Of a stretch of 64,000 nucleotides of DNA, positions 63,405 to 64,000 are shown piece after piece (position 1 is the stretch's first letter; every line of letters begins with the position of its first letter). A program made the translations under genes and the position numbers. The stretch lies in NCBI GenBank assembly GCA_022340305.1, contig JAJDOF010000108.1:4964-68963 (forward strand), in the 5' to 3' direction. The notes beneath the pieces were generated by a model, which ran no database searches, had not been told where the DNA came from, and saw nothing but the letters and a program-made list of their open reading frames with translations. The stretch comes from Gammaproteobacteria bacterium. Its GTDB lineage: Bacteria; Pseudomonadota; Gammaproteobacteria; GCA-001735895.

Positions 63405-64000
63405 ATGTGCGGAATAGTCGGAACAGTGAGCCAGGGTCCAGTGGCCCAGGTGATCTATGATGCCCTGCTGGTATTACAACATCGGGGCCAGGATGCGGCT
63501 GGAATCGTGGTCTGTGACGGGAACCACCTGAATCTGCGCAAGGATAATGGGCAGGTCAGCGATGTTTTTCGAACCCGGCACATGCTGAAACTGATCGGCA
63601 ACATGGGTATCGGTCATGTGCGATACCCCACTGCCGGTTGTTCGTCTTCGGCTGAGGCGCAGCCGTTTTATGTCAATTCTCCCTACGGCATTACCCTGGC
63701 GCACAACGGCAACCTGACTAATGTCGACAAGCTGAACACCGAGCTGTATCAGTCCGATTTGCGCCATATAAATACCGCCTCCGACTCGGAAGTACTGCTC
63801 AACGTGTTTGCCCATGAATTGCAGAGTAGCGGTAGCCTGAATCTTACCGCCGAGCAAATCTTTACCGCAGTTACCGAAACTCATAAGCGTGTAGAAGGTG
63901 CTTATGCAGTGGTCGCCATGCTAACCGGCAAGGGGATTGTCGGATTTCGCGACCCGCATGGTATTCGTCCTCTGGTTTACGGTAAGCGTGAAACCGACAG
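63405..64000 (+). CDS. purF: Amidophosphoribosyltransferase (3' truncated, not in ORF track)
   Basis: ATG 63405 gives [25 protein letters not shown] and LAHNGNL. Confidence 0.96.
   Translation, partial: MCGIVGTVSQGPVAQVIYDALLVLQHRGQDAAGIVVCDGNHLNLRKDNGQVSDVFRTRHMLKLIGNMGIGHVRYPTAGCSSSAEAQPFYVNSPYGITLAHNGNLTNVDKLNTELYQSDLRHINTASDSEVLLNVFAHELQSSGSLNLTAEQIFTAVTETHKRVEGAYAVVAMLTGKGIVGFRDPHGIRPLVYGKRETD

Overview
This is a chromosomal segment of a gammaproteobacterium (taxon inferred from gene content and order). Two core-gene blocks flank an accessory region. The first block is phoH-ybeY-corC-lnt-leuS-lptE...holA-proA-nadD-rsfS-rlmH-maf-rng-yhdP-tldD. The second is lysR/leuC-leuD-leuB-asd-usg-fimV-truA-trpF-accD-folC-dedD-cvpA-purF. 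The accessory region (~23.3-48.3 kb) carries an RND pump, an MFS transporter, a rimB-rimK-desuccinylase cluster and amine/imino-acid catabolism genes. Highlights: (1) A ~5 kb insert between lptE and holA encodes a Sel1 protein, a secreted vWA protein resembling the periplasmic part of PpkA, and a TagT/TagS-like ABC pair, with no kinase or T6SS genes in the window. It is followed by an unannotated GGA-rich, terminator-ended RsmY/RsmZ/CsrB-like sRNA candidate with a near-consensus GacA box. (2) A 269-bp MITE with 19-bp TIRs and a TA duplication splits the MFP/AcrB junction and supplies a new AcrB start codon. (3) A probable hybrid histamine catabolic cluster combines a histamine dehydrogenase-type flavoprotein with hinK/L/H/G-like genes but lacks hinF. 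(4) A structured leader lies upstream of an acetylpolyamine amidohydrolase. (5) Several genes look leaderless, and a 45-aa entericidin-type lipoprotein is missing from the ORF track. No rRNA, tRNA, CRISPR array, prophage or transposase was recognised. All family calls come from motif recognition by eye, not from database searches.
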